Shown here piece by piece: positions 1 to 11,900 of a stretch of DNA of 64,000 nucleotides. The notes beneath the pieces are model-generated. The model ran no database searches and was not told the origin of the DNA. It saw only the letters and a program-made list of their open reading frames with translations. Origin of the DNA: Candidatus Thorarchaeota archaeon (GTDB taxonomy: Archaea > Asgardarchaeota > Thorarchaeia > Thorarchaeales > Thorarchaeaceae); contig DXJO01000010.1 of NCBI GenBank assembly GCA_019057475.1, positions 160,001-224,000 of the forward strand, read 5' to 3'. Positions within the stretch are counted from its first letter, which is position 1, and every line of letters starts with the position of its first letter. Made by a program: the position numbers and the translations under genes.

Positions 1-2
1 CG

Positions 3-608
3 AAGTTCGCAAATCAACCAATATCTGAGGATGAGCTTCTTTCAGGGAAACTCGAACCGACGAATGAACCGTATGCAATTGCCAAGATCGCAGGAATCAA
101 GCTTTGCGATAGCTACCGGCGGCAGTATCAGGCCAACTTCATATCTGCCATGCCAACCAACTTGTATGGACCTAACGACAATTTCGATTTGGAAACGTCG
201 CATGTGCTTCCGGCCCTCATGCGCAAGATTCACGACGCAAAGGTCAATGAAGACGACACGGTAGTAGTATGGGGCTCAGGACAGCCAAGAAGAGAGTTCC
301 TATACATCGACGACTTAGCAGACGCTCTGCTATTCCTAATGGGGAACTACTCATCTGAGGGTCCTATAAACGTCGGCTGTGGCTTAGATATCTCAATACT
401 TGAGCTGACTCATCTTCTTATGGAGGTGATTAGCTATCAGGGATTGATTGAGTTCGACCAATCGAAGCCAGATGGCACACCTAGAAAGATGCTCGACACC
501 ACAAAGCTCGATAAGATTGGATGGCGACCGAAAGTGTCACTGAAAGAGGGGATTGAGCTGACATACAACTGGTTCCTAGACAACGTAGCAAAACACTTTG
601 GCCAATGA
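3..608 (+). CDS. fcl: GDP-L-fucose synthase (5'-truncated by window edge)
   Basis: Frame from nt 3 reads KFANQPISEDELLSGKLEPTNEPYAIAKIAGIKLC...AMPTNLYGPNDNF...SHVLPAL...WGSGQPRREFLY, with the YxxxK SDR motif and Fcl signature segments. Confidence 0.92.
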   Translation, partial: KFANQPISEDELLSGKLEPTNEPYAIAKIAGIKLCDSYRRQYQANFISAMPTNLYGPNDNFDLETSHVLPALMRKIHDAKVNEDDTVVVWGSGQPRREFLYIDDLADALLFLMGNYSSEGPINVGCGLDISILELTHLLMEVISYQGLIEFDQSKPDGTPRKMLDTTKLDKIGWRPKVSLKEGIELTYNWFLDNVAKHFGQ

Positions 609-647
609 ATGCACTTCAGGCGGCGATAGCCCATCCCTTTTCTTCAG

Positions 648-746
648 TCAATGGTGGCTGTGTTCTGGTAGGATGTTTCGCGTGTGGAACACACCTACAA
701 TGTTCGTTATTCCTTTAATGTTCCTAGTGCCAAAAAAGCGATATCC
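648..746 (-). pseudogene. Diverged orphan copy of the pyruvate kinase 3' end
   Basis: Minus strand 731-648 translates GTRNIKGITNIVGVFHTRNILPEHSHH*, versus the pyk C-terminus GTRNIEGKTNIVGVFHVRDLVE*. It is preceded by a frameshifted DIAF (pyk has DIVF). Confidence 0.85.
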
Positions 747-763
747 CTAACTGCCTGTCACCC

Positions 764-2263
764 TTACTCTACCAAGTCCCGAACATGGAATACGCCCACG
801 ATGTTTGTCTTCCCCTCGATATTTCTAGTGCCGGACGTGAAGACGATGTCCTTGTCCTTTGATATCAATCCCTGAGCATAAACCGCACGGACCGATTCCC
901 GCACCTGATCGTCCACGTACTCAATGTGCTTTCCATAGTGAACCGGATGAACTCCCCACAGAAGCCGAAGCCGCCTCATGACCCTTGGATCCAGTGTCAC
1001 CGCGTAGATATGGACTGGTGGACGGAACTTCGAAACCCACCTTGCTGTGAATCCCGACCTCGTCGCAGTGATGACGCCATCCACTTGGTCCGGAATCAAC
1101 GATACCGCGTTGTAGACAAGATTGCCAATGATTTCAACAATCATTCTCTTAGGCGACGTAATCTCAGCGGGATTCACGAGGGGCAATCGCGGTTCCACCC
1201 GCTTGATGATTCGGTTCATCATCTCCACGGCCGCGACCGGGTCAACACCGACGGCGGTTTCCCCGCTTAGCATGACTGCATCCGCCCAATCGAACACCGC
1301 ATTGGCCACATCGCTGACCTCCGCCCGCGTAGGCACTCTCTCGTGGGTCATCGACTCAAGCATATGAGTGGCGACAATCGCCGGTTTCGCCCAAGTATTC
1401 GCCTCACGTATCAGGTCCCTCTGGAGAATGGGTACGTCCTCGATTGGCACCTCAATGCCGAGGTCACCGCGAGCAATCATCACCCCATCCGAGTGCTCCA
1501 GAATTGCATGGTAGTTCTCGACCGCCAACTTGTGCTCTATCTTGCTTATCAACCCCGCATCGCTCGGACCATTGGACTTCAGGATGTTTCTTACGTTGAT
1601 AACGTCCCTGTGGTCAATGACAAAGGATAGAGCCACGAAATCCGGCTCAAGTTTCGCAGCCAAGTCAAGGTCCCTGCAGTCCTGTTCGGTCGGCACTCTA
1701 CAGGACAGCTCAATTCCCGGGATGTTCACGCCCTTTCGAGTTGATATCACTCCTCCGTGAATGACCTCCGTGACCACCTCGTCGCCCTGAATATACTTCA
1801 CCTGCAGTCTAACGATTCCATCATTGATTGCAATCATATCGCCTGGTTGAACGTCGTTGGGCAGCTCCTTGTGCGAGATTGAGACGCGCTTCTCATCTCC
1901 GATGAAGTCCTCGATTGATATGGTGAATTCCTGGCCACTCTCCAATTCCACCGGGGTTCTTAGTTCACCAATCCTAATCTTCGGGCCTTGAATATCAAAC
2001 ATGATTGGGATGGAGTCGTCCACAGAACGAATGGTCTTGAACGTCTTCTTAGCGGACGGATGGTCTTCGTGCGAGAGGTTGATTCTCGCGACATCCATTC
2101 CTGCTTCTACCATCTTGGCCAGCGTTTTTTTCGACCTAGACGCAGGGCCGATTGTGCAGACGATCTTGGTTCGAGTCTTATCGAATATCAAGGCTGAGCA
2201 CTCCGCTTGGGGCACTTCTTCGAGATAACGTTCTTCGGTCCTTATAACAAAAAGGTTTGCCAA
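764..2263 (-). CDS. pyk: Pyruvate kinase (true start probably ~20 codons downstream)
   Basis: TKIVCTIGPAS, ARINLSH, ISKIE, MIARGDLGIE, PTRAEVSDVANAV, DAVMLSGETA motifs. Confidence 0.97.
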   Translation of the reverse strand: MANLFVIRTEERYLEEVPQAECSALIFDKTRTKIVCTIGPASRSKKTLAKMVEAGMDVARINLSHEDHPSAKKTFKTIRSVDDSIPIMFDIQGPKIRIGELRTPVELESGQEFTISIEDFIGDEKRVSISHKELPNDVQPGDMIAINDGIVRLQVKYIQGDEVVTEVIHGGVISTRKGVNIPGIELSCRVPTEQDCRDLDLAAKLEPDFVALSFVIDHRDVINVRNILKSNGPSDAGLISKIEHKLAVENYHAILEHSDGVMIARGDLGIEVPIEDVPILQRDLIREANTWAKPAIVATHMLESMTHERVPTRAEVSDVANAVFDWADAVMLSGETAVGVDPVAAVEMMNRIIKRVEPRLPLVNPAEITSPKRMIVEIIGNLVYNAVSLIPDQVDGVITATRSGFTARWVSKFRPPVHIYAVTLDPRVMRRLRLLWGVHPVHYGKHIEYVDDQVRESVRAVYAQGLISKDKDIVFTSGTRNIEGKTNIVGVFHVRDLVE

Positions 2264-2390
2264 CCAGCGGACCAGACTGAGCCGATACAGATTCAGTTAT
2301 TTGGCACGTTTACATTGACTAAGACATAGCTCAGACGAAACACCATAAACCAGAACACCGGAATGGTTTCTGAAGGGTGGCGTGGCAATC

Positions 2391-3689
2391 ATGGTTGAGA
2401 TTAAGCAGATTAGGGCTACTGAGATACTGGATTCACGCGGTAACCCCACACTGATGACTAGGGTGACTCTATCCGATGGCACGATCGGTATCGCCAAGGT
2501 TCCCAGTGGCGCCTCCACAGGTGAACACGAGGCTGTGGAGCTCCGAGATGGGGGCAAGAGGTTCGGCGGCAAAGGCGTTCAGAAGGCAGTTGGAAATGTT
2601 AATGATGTGATTGCAACGGAATTGGCCTCGGCTGACCCGCTATCCCAGAGTGATATTGATGCCACACTCCTCAAGTTGGACCCAAGCACTGGGAAGAGTC
2701 AGTTGGGTGCTAACGCAATCCTTTCCGTATCCATGGCTACGGCAGTCGCCGCTTCTGCACACTTGGGTCTTGAACTCTTCCAGTACTTGAGCACTCGCGT
2801 TCTAGGTCGTAAACTCAAGTATCTTCAACCAGTCCCAATGTCCAATGTCATTAATGGAGGCACTCACGCAGGAAATGACCTGGCGATACAGGAGTTCATG
2901 ATCTTGCCAATAGGCGCTTCTGATATTCTTGAGAGCATCCGCTGCCTGAGCGAGGTCTACCAGACGCTTGGAAAGAGGATGATTAAGAAGTATGGTCGGA
3001 TGGCAAAGCATGTGGGTGATGAGGGAGGCTTCTGTGGCTTCGGACTCAAGAATACGCGGGTAGCATTCGAAGAGATTCTGGGTGCCATAGAGGCGGCTGG
3101 ATACTCCCCCGGCAGTGATGTGGTCCTAGGAATGGATGCCGCTGCCAGTGAGTTCTATCACGATGGCAGCTACACCATTGACGGCAAATCGGTGAATGCA
3201 GGCGAGCTACTGGACTTCTACATAGACTTGGAGAAGACATTCCCATTGGAAACAGTAGAAGATCCATTTGATGAGAATGCCTTCGATGACTTTGCTGAGT
3301 ACACGAAGAAGACCAAGATACAGGTTGTGACCGACGACCTAACTGTTTCAAATCCTGAGATTGTTAGCAGGGCAATAGCGGAGGGTGCTGGAAACGCTCT
3401 ACTATTGAAAGTGAACCAAATTGGAAGCGTTACTGAAGCCATTGAAGCCGCAATGGTTGCGAACAAAGCCGAGTGGCCCGTTGTTGTGAGTCATAGAAGC
3501 GGAGAAACTAGTGACACGTTCATTGCAGACCTTGCAGTTGCTCTCTCAACCGGTCAGCTAAAAACCGGTGGCCCGGCACGCAGTGATCGCGTTGCGAAGT
3601 ATAACAGACTCATTGAAATACACCACCTTTTGAATGGCGAATGCAGCTACCCAGGAAAGGATTTCATGACCGCCTGGAGGAGATTCTAG
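2391..3689 (+). CDS. eno: Enolase
   Basis: EILDSRGNPT, VPSGASTGEHEAVELRD, GDEGG, LLKVNQIG, VSHRSGET motifs. Confidence 0.98.
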   Translation: MVEIKQIRATEILDSRGNPTLMTRVTLSDGTIGIAKVPSGASTGEHEAVELRDGGKRFGGKGVQKAVGNVNDVIATELASADPLSQSDIDATLLKLDPSTGKSQLGANAILSVSMATAVAASAHLGLELFQYLSTRVLGRKLKYLQPVPMSNVINGGTHAGNDLAIQEFMILPIGASDILESIRCLSEVYQTLGKRMIKKYGRMAKHVGDEGGFCGFGLKNTRVAFEEILGAIEAAGYSPGSDVVLGMDAAASEFYHDGSYTIDGKSVNAGELLDFYIDLEKTFPLETVEDPFDENAFDDFAEYTKKTKIQVVTDDLTVSNPEIVSRAIAEGAGNALLLKVNQIGSVTEAIEAAMVANKAEWPVVVSHRSGETSDTFIADLAVALSTGQLKTGGPARSDRVAKYNRLIEIHHLLNGECSYPGKDFMTAWRRF

Positions 3690-3692
3690 CTA

Positions 3693-4934
3693 ATGGATCA
3701 GAAGCGCACAGCAATTCTGGTAGTGCTCGATGGACTTGGAGACCGCCCAGTGATTGAACTAGGAGGTCTCACACCGCTTCAAGCGGCAAAGACCCCGAAC
3801 TTGGACCAGCTTGCAGCTGAAGGGCAGACCGGTCTGATGTATGTGATATCACCCGGCGTCACTCCAGGAAGTGATGTAGCCCATCTGTTTCTGTTTGGAT
3901 ATGATCCTTTAACGCACTATCCGGGTAGAGGTGCCCTGGAAGTTCTCGGAACCGAGCTCCCATTCAAACCCGGTGACATTGGGTTTCGGGCGAACTTCGC
4001 CACAGTCGACTCGGACCTTACAGTCACGGACCGCCGAGCGGGCCGGAACATCACTCCTGAGGAAGGTCGCATTTTACAGAAGGCAATAGACGGTCTTGTG
4101 ATTGACGGAATTAAAGTGCATTTCACCCATACCGTACAACATCGTGGTGCTCTTGTTCTAGAGGGGAACGGTCTCTCTGACAAGATAACGTCTGTTGACC
4201 CCCGAGAAACTGGGCTCAAAATCCTTGAATCAAAGCCGCTTGAACCCAAAGCGAAGAAGACCGCAAAAGTCGTGAACAAGCTTGTTCAGATTGCTCATGA
4301 AAGACTTCGTGATTTGGAAGTGAACAAGAAGCGGGAGAAGAAGGGATTACTGCCAGCTAATGCACTTCTGCTGAGGGGTCCCGGTCAGCTCGATGTTGTG
4401 AAGACGCTGAAAGATCTTTGGGGTGTCAAGTCTGCCGTAATTGCTGGAGGTGCTCTCTACATTGGCACAGCCAAATACGTCGGAATGGAACATGTTCCGG
4501 TCGAGGGTCAGACTGGCACGATAGACACTAACTTCGATAACATCGCCGAGAAAGCAATCGAGTGCGTTGATTCGGGGTACGATTTCATCTTCGTCCACAT
4601 CAAAGCGACAGACAATGCGAGTCATGATCAGGATGCTAAGAAGAAGGTCCTCGCAATCGAGAGATCAGACGCGATGATTGGCAAGATTGTCGATGCGCTT
4701 CATGAAAGAGTCGTATTGATTGTCACTGCAGATCATTCCACGCCTATCGCTGTCGGAGAGCACACCTGTGACCCTGTCCCTGTGCTTCTCTGGAGTAGCT
4801 TCATCAGAGCGGACTCGGTACAGGCGTTCTCAGAGCTAGACGCCGCTAAGGGAGCGCTTCATAACTTTCGAGGTCTGAGTCTGCTACCACTCATGTTTGG
4901 TTACGCTGGCCTACTCGAGAAGGTTGGTGCGTAA
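3693..4934 (+). CDS. apgM: 2,3-bisphosphoglycerate-independent phosphoglycerate mutase, archaeal type
   Basis: LDGLGDRP, TPLQAAKTPNLD, PGSDVAHL, GRGALE, HIKATDNASHD, TADHSTP motifs; starts 3 nt after eno. Confidence 0.95.
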   Translation: MDQKRTAILVVLDGLGDRPVIELGGLTPLQAAKTPNLDQLAAEGQTGLMYVISPGVTPGSDVAHLFLFGYDPLTHYPGRGALEVLGTELPFKPGDIGFRANFATVDSDLTVTDRRAGRNITPEEGRILQKAIDGLVIDGIKVHFTHTVQHRGALVLEGNGLSDKITSVDPRETGLKILESKPLEPKAKKTAKVVNKLVQIAHERLRDLEVNKKREKKGLLPANALLLRGPGQLDVVKTLKDLWGVKSAVIAGGALYIGTAKYVGMEHVPVEGQTGTIDTNFDNIAEKAIECVDSGYDFIFVHIKATDNASHDQDAKKKVLAIERSDAMIGKIVDALHERVVLIVTADHSTPIAVGEHTCDPVPVLLWSSFIRADSVQAFSELDAAKGALHNFRGLSLLPLMFGYAGLLEKVGA

Positions 4935-4956
4935 GCGCTTATTAGACCGAGGCTTT

Positions 4957-6306
4957 TCAGGAGGTCTTCTGAACTCCTCGTTTGCCCACACATCTATACT
5001 CGAAGCCCTTGGAGGTAACAATTTCCTCATCGAACACATTCCGCCCATCAACGATGATTGGTGTTCGCATTATTTTCTTGACCTTATCCAAGTCCAAGGA
5101 GAAGTATTCAGCATGCTTGGTAACAAGCACGAGGCAGTCTGAATCCTTGGCTGCTTTCATGATGTCCCTCTCAATCTCAAGTGGTCCGAAATCCCACTCC
5201 CTCACAAAGGGGTCGTGGAGTCGCACCTCTGCTCCCTTCGCCTGTAATGAGGCAATCAGAGGAGCGGCAGGTGTGTTCCTCGTGTCATCTGAGTCCTCCA
5301 GATATGCGCCGCCCAAGACTGTTATTGTAGCACCACGAAAGGCCACCCCTTTGGCGTACAGCGCATTCTCAACAAGGTTCGCCATGTGTACTGGCATGTG
5401 ATCATTGATTCTCCGGGCCAGCGATATGAATTCAGGCTCTAGCTTCCAAGTCCCGTACTCGTATAGCCCATAACGCAAGAGCCACGGGTCCTTTGGAAGA
5501 CAATGTCCTCCAACACCTGCACCGGGGGTGTGCATCATCCTATCGTGCCGTTTGTTAATTGCATTGATTATCTTGTAGATATCAACACCCAGACTCTCGC
5601 ACACGAGCGCCATCTCATTTGCGAATGCAATATTCACGTCGCGATAGGCGTTTTCTATGGTCTTGGAAAGCTCCGCACTGAGAGTATCTAGGGTGGTGAT
5701 GTCCTCCTTGACTATCTTGGAATAGAGCTCTACTGCTCTCTCGGTGCTCCGGGGGGTGATTCCACCCACTACTCGAGGCATGTTAACAATGAACTCTATC
5801 AGTTTGCCAGGCATGACTCTCTCGTATGAGAAGGCTAGGTCGAAGTCCTTGCCACCCTTGAAGCCTGACTCCTTCTCGATAATTTCTTGCACAACATTCT
5901 CAGTGGTCCCCGGCGCAACTGTAGATTCCACAACCACAAGAGCTCCTTTCTTGAGGCGCATACCGATGTTCTTGCTAACTTCCCGGAGGGACACGTACTG
6001 AGGCATGTTCTGCTGGTCAGTGGGTGTCTGCACGTCGATTAGGATGATGTCTGCATCTTTGAGCACTTCGATGTCATCAGTGACCTTGAAGGTTCCCTTG
6101 GCCACAACTTTGGCAATCAGCTCATCCAGTCCCGGCTCATCACCCTCGAATGGGGACTTTCCACTATTCAGTACGTCTATTTTCCAGCCGGACCTCTTCG
6201 ATTTTCGCTGAAGTCCTGTGACTTGAATTCCCTCAACGTCAGCCAGTAGGGCCGCGCAGGGGATGCCAACATATCCCATCCCGACAACTACGATGTTCGT
6301 GACCAT
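4957..6306 (-). CDS. Nucleotide-sugar dehydrogenase (UDP-ManNAc/UDP-GlcNAc 6-dehydrogenase family), copy 1
   Basis: GMGYVG, VESTVAPGTT, ENAYRDVNIAFANE, PGAGVGGHCLPKD, DGRN motifs. Confidence 0.93.
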   Translation of the reverse strand: MVTNIVVVGMGYVGIPCAALLADVEGIQVTGLQRKSKRSGWKIDVLNSGKSPFEGDEPGLDELIAKVVAKGTFKVTDDIEVLKDADIILIDVQTPTDQQNMPQYVSLREVSKNIGMRLKKGALVVVESTVAPGTTENVVQEIIEKESGFKGGKDFDLAFSYERVMPGKLIEFIVNMPRVVGGITPRSTERAVELYSKIVKEDITTLDTLSAELSKTIENAYRDVNIAFANEMALVCESLGVDIYKIINAINKRHDRMMHTPGAGVGGHCLPKDPWLLRYGLYEYGTWKLEPEFISLARRINDHMPVHMANLVENALYAKGVAFRGATITVLGGAYLEDSDDTRNTPAAPLIASLQAKGAEVRLHDPFVREWDFGPLEIERDIMKAAKDSDCLVLVTKHAEYFSLDLDKVKKIMRTPIIVDGRNVFDEEIVTSKGFEYRCVGKRGVQKTS

Positions 6307-6461
6307 TAGAAGCTACCTTCCTCAATGTGAACCTAATGTCGTTCTTTCCGTGACAGAGGCCCCTTCTAGTTTGTTAAAAGGCTTGCTTTGAACCCGGAGT
6401 TGCACTGCGATTCATACAAGGCTATGCATCATCTGTAATGCCGGTCTAGGTGAGAGCGTGC

Positions 6462-7814
6462 TCATATGACGTGCTTGGCGCCAGACTTCCCGACGCAACG
6501 ATACTCGAATCCCTTGGACTCGACCTTCTCTCGGTCGAATACGTTTCGGCCGTCAACAATCGTCGGAGTTCTCATCGTGTTCTCCATCTTGTCAAGGTCA
6601 AGCGAGTAGTATTCCTTGTGTTTCGTGACTAGTACAAGACAGTCCGAACCTTCAGCAGCCTTCATAATGTCTCTCTCAATCTCCAAGCTATCAAAGTCCC
6701 ACTCCCTCACATGTGGATCATGCAGGCGCACTGTTGCTCCTTTGGCCTGAAGTGACGCAATTAGGGGCGCTGCTGGTGTGTTTCTTGTATCATCTGAGTT
6801 CTCGAGATACGCTGCACCCAAGACGGTGATTACTGAGCCGTGAAGCCGAACTCCTCTTGCGAGCAGTGCATTCTCCACCAAGTGTGACATGTGGATTGGC
6901 ATATGGTCGTTGATTCGCCTAGCCAAGGAGATAAATTCTGGCTCGACTTTGCTGGAGCCATACTCATGGAGTCCATGTCTCAGCAGCCATGTATCTTTTG
7001 GCAGACAATGTCCTCCAACTCCTGCGCCCGGAATGTGCATGTTTCTGCTGGCAAGCACATTAACCAGTTCAATAATTTCGTAGACATTCACTCCGAGGCT
7101 CTCGCAAACAAGCGCCATCTCATTTGCAAATGCAATGTTCACGTCGCGATAGGCGTTTTCTATGGTCTTGGAGAGTTCAGCCGTTAATACAGTTGTTTTG
7201 AAGATCTTCTTCTTTACAATCTTCGAATATATCTTAACGGCTCTATCAGTGCTTCGCGGAGTGATTCCACCCACTACTCGAGGCAGGTTAACGATGTTGT
7301 GGATGAGCTTTCCAGGCATCACTCGCTCATAGGAGAATGCCAGATCGAAGTCCTCGCCCGCCTTTAGACCTGACTTGTCTTCAATGATGACTTGAACTAT
7401 GTTCTGTGTCGTACCCGGTGCCACAGTCGATTCAACGACAACAAGAGTGCCCTTTTTCATGTGTTTGCCAATATTCTCGCTCACTTCACGCAAGGAGCGG
7501 TATTGGGGAGTATGTTTAGCATCAGTCGGAGTCTGAACATCAACCAGAATGACCTCTGCAGTTGAAAGCACATTGATGTCATCAGTCACTCTGAACGTTC
7601 CCTTTTTGACAACCTTTGCTACGAGCTCATCAAGGCCCGGCTCATCCCCTTCAAAAGGCGATTTTCCGCTGTTCAGTACATCTATTTTCCAGCCGGACCG
7701 CTTGGACTTCCTCTGCAGTCCCGTCACGTCAAACCCGTCAACATCAGCCAGTAGGGCCGCACAGGGTATTCCTACGTAACCCATTCCAATTACGACGATC
7801 TTTGTTGTCATCAA
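6462..7814 (-). CDS. Nucleotide-sugar dehydrogenase, copy 2 (tandem paralog)
   Basis: Same motifs; collinear and highly similar to 4957-6306. Confidence 0.93.
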   Translation of the reverse strand: MMTTKIVVIGMGYVGIPCAALLADVDGFDVTGLQRKSKRSGWKIDVLNSGKSPFEGDEPGLDELVAKVVKKGTFRVTDDINVLSTAEVILVDVQTPTDAKHTPQYRSLREVSENIGKHMKKGTLVVVESTVAPGTTQNIVQVIIEDKSGLKAGEDFDLAFSYERVMPGKLIHNIVNLPRVVGGITPRSTDRAVKIYSKIVKKKIFKTTVLTAELSKTIENAYRDVNIAFANEMALVCESLGVNVYEIIELVNVLASRNMHIPGAGVGGHCLPKDTWLLRHGLHEYGSSKVEPEFISLARRINDHMPIHMSHLVENALLARGVRLHGSVITVLGAAYLENSDDTRNTPAAPLIASLQAKGATVRLHDPHVREWDFDSLEIERDIMKAAEGSDCLVLVTKHKEYYSLDLDKMENTMRTPTIVDGRNVFDREKVESKGFEYRCVGKSGAKHVI

Positions 7815-7952
7815 TCAACGCCTCTCGCTTGAGTAATACACTGCCGAGTGCGTCTGCGCATTTAATTCACTAAAAAGGTTGTCTTCTTTTACGTGTCTTC
7901 TCTCCTTGTCGATAGTGCAGTTTCAGGGAGATGCCAGTCACGAATGGTGGAA

Positions 7953-8780
7953 TCATTCTACGTCTACCAGAGAAGCAATCCTCTCTATGGTTTCTTCGTA
8001 GATTGCATCGCTCTCGATTGTCAATTTGATTGCTCCCTCAGGACACTCTTCAACGCAGCGGCCACACCCTCTACATTCATCACTAATGACCGCCCTACCA
8101 TTTACAAGGGTGATGGCATCCACAAAGCACACATCATCCGTGCAGGTGCCACAGCCAGTGCACCCATCAGTCACACGCACGTTCACACCATCCATTCTGG
8201 CAATCTTGCGAGCTATCTGCGGGTTGAAATCAGGCAGTGCATTCCACAGGCAACAACACGGGCAGCAGTTACAAACCGTCAGGAGCTTACTCCCGGGTCC
8301 AATATTGAGCCACATAGTATCTAGCTTGTTCCTGCCTATCATCTGAACCAAGCCAGCGTCTTGGCATTTCCTCAAATGCTCGAACGCTTCTTCCTTTGTT
8401 ACCTCACGCCCCAGTTGGGGATTGATTCCCAGCACTGCTTCCCCAAGAAAGAGGCATCCAAGATCTATTGGATAGTCCTTGCATTGGTCGGAGTCGCGGC
8501 AAATGCACTTATTCATGATCCAGCAATGGCTGGCTTTTTCGATGAAGTGCTCCACAATCGTCGACGGCAGGATGGTATCTGTAGGTCGCTCAATGGACTT
8601 CCCCACATGGATAGACATCTTGACAACATTGTCCTTTGGAAGGTAGACGACACCATCCTCCTTGAACATCATGTTGTAGACTATTTTCCCCACACCCGGA
8701 ATACGGGTCACTTTTGCAATGATGCGTTTGTAGGCATATGCTTGCTTGAGCAATTCCACAAACCAAAGAGGATTAGCCAT
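7953..8780 (-). CDS. 4Fe-4S dicluster-containing protein
   Basis: [13 protein letters not shown], and two ferredoxin motifs (CTGCGTC...[13 protein letters not shown]). Start placed at MANPLW. Confidence 0.85.
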   Translation of the reverse strand: MANPLWFVELLKQAYAYKRIIAKVTRIPGVGKIVYNMMFKEDGVVYLPKDNVVKMSIHVGKSIERPTDTILPSTIVEHFIEKASHCWIMNKCICRDSDQCKDYPIDLGCLFLGEAVLGINPQLGREVTKEEAFEHLRKCQDAGLVQMIGRNKLDTMWLNIGPGSKLLTVCNCCPCCCLWNALPDFNPQIARKIARMDGVNVRVTDGCTGCGTCTDDVCFVDAITLVNGRAVISDECRGCGRCVEECPEGAIKLTIESDAIYEETIERIASLVDVE

Positions 8781-8906
8781 ACTGCTTGACCGACGTAGAG
8801 CAACTGATAATGGTTCCGAAAGCGAAAGGTATAATCTTGGTGTAACCGCACAAGACGATACTATCATATGGCTCCACGGTTATCATGCAGCAGTTGACGC
8901 GCTTGA

Positions 8907-11900
8907 TTGGTGGACCAAATGAAGCATGCTAAGATCCTATTCATTTTCATCATACTCACCCTGATTGCCATTACGGTCGCTAGCACCGCATACGGTTGGT
9001 TCCTCGGACAGAACATCTACCAGAGTACATACTCAGCCAAGGCCGGAGTCAACTTCTGGGACACTTGGACCTTGGAGAACAACATCTTCACGGCCTCATT
9101 GCTACTAACACTTCTGAGTGTCATAACCCTGCCGCAGCGATCAACATTTCTCTCTTTCATGTCAGCAATCTCGCAATCCGGGCCTGTAACCAAGCGCCTT
9201 GATATGACATCTGCGGTGATTTGGAGGCTGCTTGAGTTTGGCGGGTTTTTCGTATTCTACGTGTCGACAGGCGGCTATTCGTTGACCGGCCAGAATGTAG
9301 CATTTCTAATGATGTTGTTGGGCCATGGATCCATCTCAATCACATCCGCTGATGTAGGAACGCTCTTTTCACTACCCTTCGCGCCGGGAACCAGCTCTGA
9401 GTCGATAGTGAGTCTAGTTCCAGCGATGGAGGCATATCAGCTCTATCTTGGGCTCTTTGCTACTTTCTTGGTTCTCACCGGAGTCCGGCTTGTTCTGTCC
9501 GCCCTTACTAACATGATGAGCCACAATCGCGACATGTTTGTTGTGATTCCCAAGATTCTGCTAGCAGTTTCCATTGCGATCAGCCTTGAGATTCTGGGTG
9601 TACCCATGTGGACAGTAAACGCCGGAACATGGATGAGCTATATGGCCCTGATAGTATCGCTCTTCGCTAGCATAGCAGGCGCTGTGCTATTCTTGTTCCT
9701 CCGAGTTCATATGGGCGATGCACAGCAGCGCACAAGAAGCAAAATATCACAGCTGGAGGAAGATTTCGCCCGTTTTCAGGGAGAGTTGGTATCTCTTCGT
9801 AACGAATACGAGAGTGGCGACGTCACTCCCATTGATTATCGCAGGAGGGTCACCCTCCTAATGGAGGACCGAGCCCACATTGCCAAAGAGTTGGGTCATC
9901 TCAAGCTCGAGAGTCTAATTCCAATTAGGGACTCCCCTCGGAAATTCGGTTTCCTTGCAGTCATTCTTATTGCGATGGTCATTATCCTGCCTCTCACACA
10001 AGGTTTCTACTATGGTATTCAAATGGAAGGCGACAAGTACATCGATTGGAAATTCAACTACGAAACCCACAAGGAAATTACCATAACGAATTGGGCTGCA
10101 GGATTGGATGACATGGAATCGCTGACGCTAGACGATCTCACATTGAACGCAACGCCAGAGGGAGAGGTCGAGTTTCTCACGACAGTCCGACAATGGGATC
10201 AGGCTGCCAGCTTCCTACGTATGAAGAACCAGATTGGGACGAATTGGATGGAGCTGGCAGATTCTGACATCGTCTATCTCAGGGGGCATGAGTACTGGAT
10301 AGCACCCTTGACATTTGATTACAGCGCAACCAGGACTAGCTTCATCAATCAACACCTCATCTACACGCATACTGAGGGTCTTATCGTACTCGATGCTTAC
10401 AGTGGTGACGTAATCGAACAGGATTCCCTAGTCGCTCTATTGAACCGAAGCGAGTCCATCGACATCTACTACGGTGAGGGGCGCGGTTTCGGAGATGTCG
10501 TCTTCACAGATGTTTCCGGCTTTGAGGAGATAAACAATGCCACCTTTCAGGGAACGCCTGACTACAATCTTGCAGGTTTCGAGTCCACCTTCTACATGCT
10601 AGCCATGGGTCCGGATGCGTGGTCTTTCATGGGCCGAAACATGAGTATGTTGGTCCAGCGTGATGTACTCTCAAGAGTGCGGACCATTCTGTTGCAGGGG
10701 TTGACTGCTGATAGAGACCCCTACATTGTTGTTGACACAGCTGGGAATCTCCATTATGCGGTATCAATCTACATTGACTATCAACTTGCCACAGGTTATG
10801 CCAAGGAGAACTACATGCGGTTTCTGGGCGTTGTCCTTGTAGACATAGGCACAGGCGAGCTGGAGTTCTACAAGTCACCCACTGCAGAGGAATCATTCTT
10901 CATTGACAGAACATACATGGACTACTACGACTGGCAGGAAGCACCCCATTGGCTTCAGAGCCAGATGAAATGGCCAGAGGACCTTTATGAACGCCAGCTT
11001 GATGTGGCATATATCTATCACGTTGATGATGGTCTTGTCTGGCAAGCGGGTCAGGATTTCCACGAATCACCGGATAACTCTGACACACGATACATCATAA
11101 TGCGAATAGGTGGCGAAGACCGATTCGTCGCCATGCACAACAGTGAGTTTCTCGACTCTGCGGGACGGAACTTGGCTGGCATCTATGTGATGGGATGCGG
11201 TGACACTGACTTTGGCAAGCTGACTTTCTATAGTGCGGGAGAGCCAGGGTTCTCCACGCTGCTTGGTCCAACCGCGGCAGTTCAAGCGTTTGAAACGAAT
11301 GACGAGGTTCGGACTCAGCTGCAACTCTGGGGCAAGCACAGGTATGGCAATCGACTCCTCTATCATCTAGGCGGGGATCTATTCTTCGTAATCCCCGTGT
11401 TTCTCGAAGTGGAGTCATCCACAAACATTGTCATTGAGAAGTTGGGAGGGGTTGGCCTTGTGGACGCTGAGAGCGGTGAACAAGTAGAGTTGGGCAGTAG
11501 TGTAGTAGAGGCATACTACAAGATGTTTGGGCTTCTCAATCAGACCGCTGTGGAAGCAGGAGCCGTTGGCGTAGAGAGCGCAATCTTTGACCCCCTTACG
11601 ATAGATTCAGGCGCTTTCTCACAACTAGTATTGGGTCTTAGAAACAATGACAATGTGAGCAACGATCTATGGGTTGACATTGTGATTGTAGCCGGCAACT
11701 TCTCGGTTTCGTGGCATGGAAGCGAAGTCGCTCCAACAGTATATCCCTCGAATACCACATTCACATTGAGCATAGGTACAGTGGGTGCAGGTGATATCTA
11801 TGGCACCTCACCGTCGGTTACAGTCTATCTGCCTACCGGCTTGGTGCTTGGCCAGTATCTGGTTTATGTGATTCTGAGGACAGAGGAAGGAGTCGCTGAT

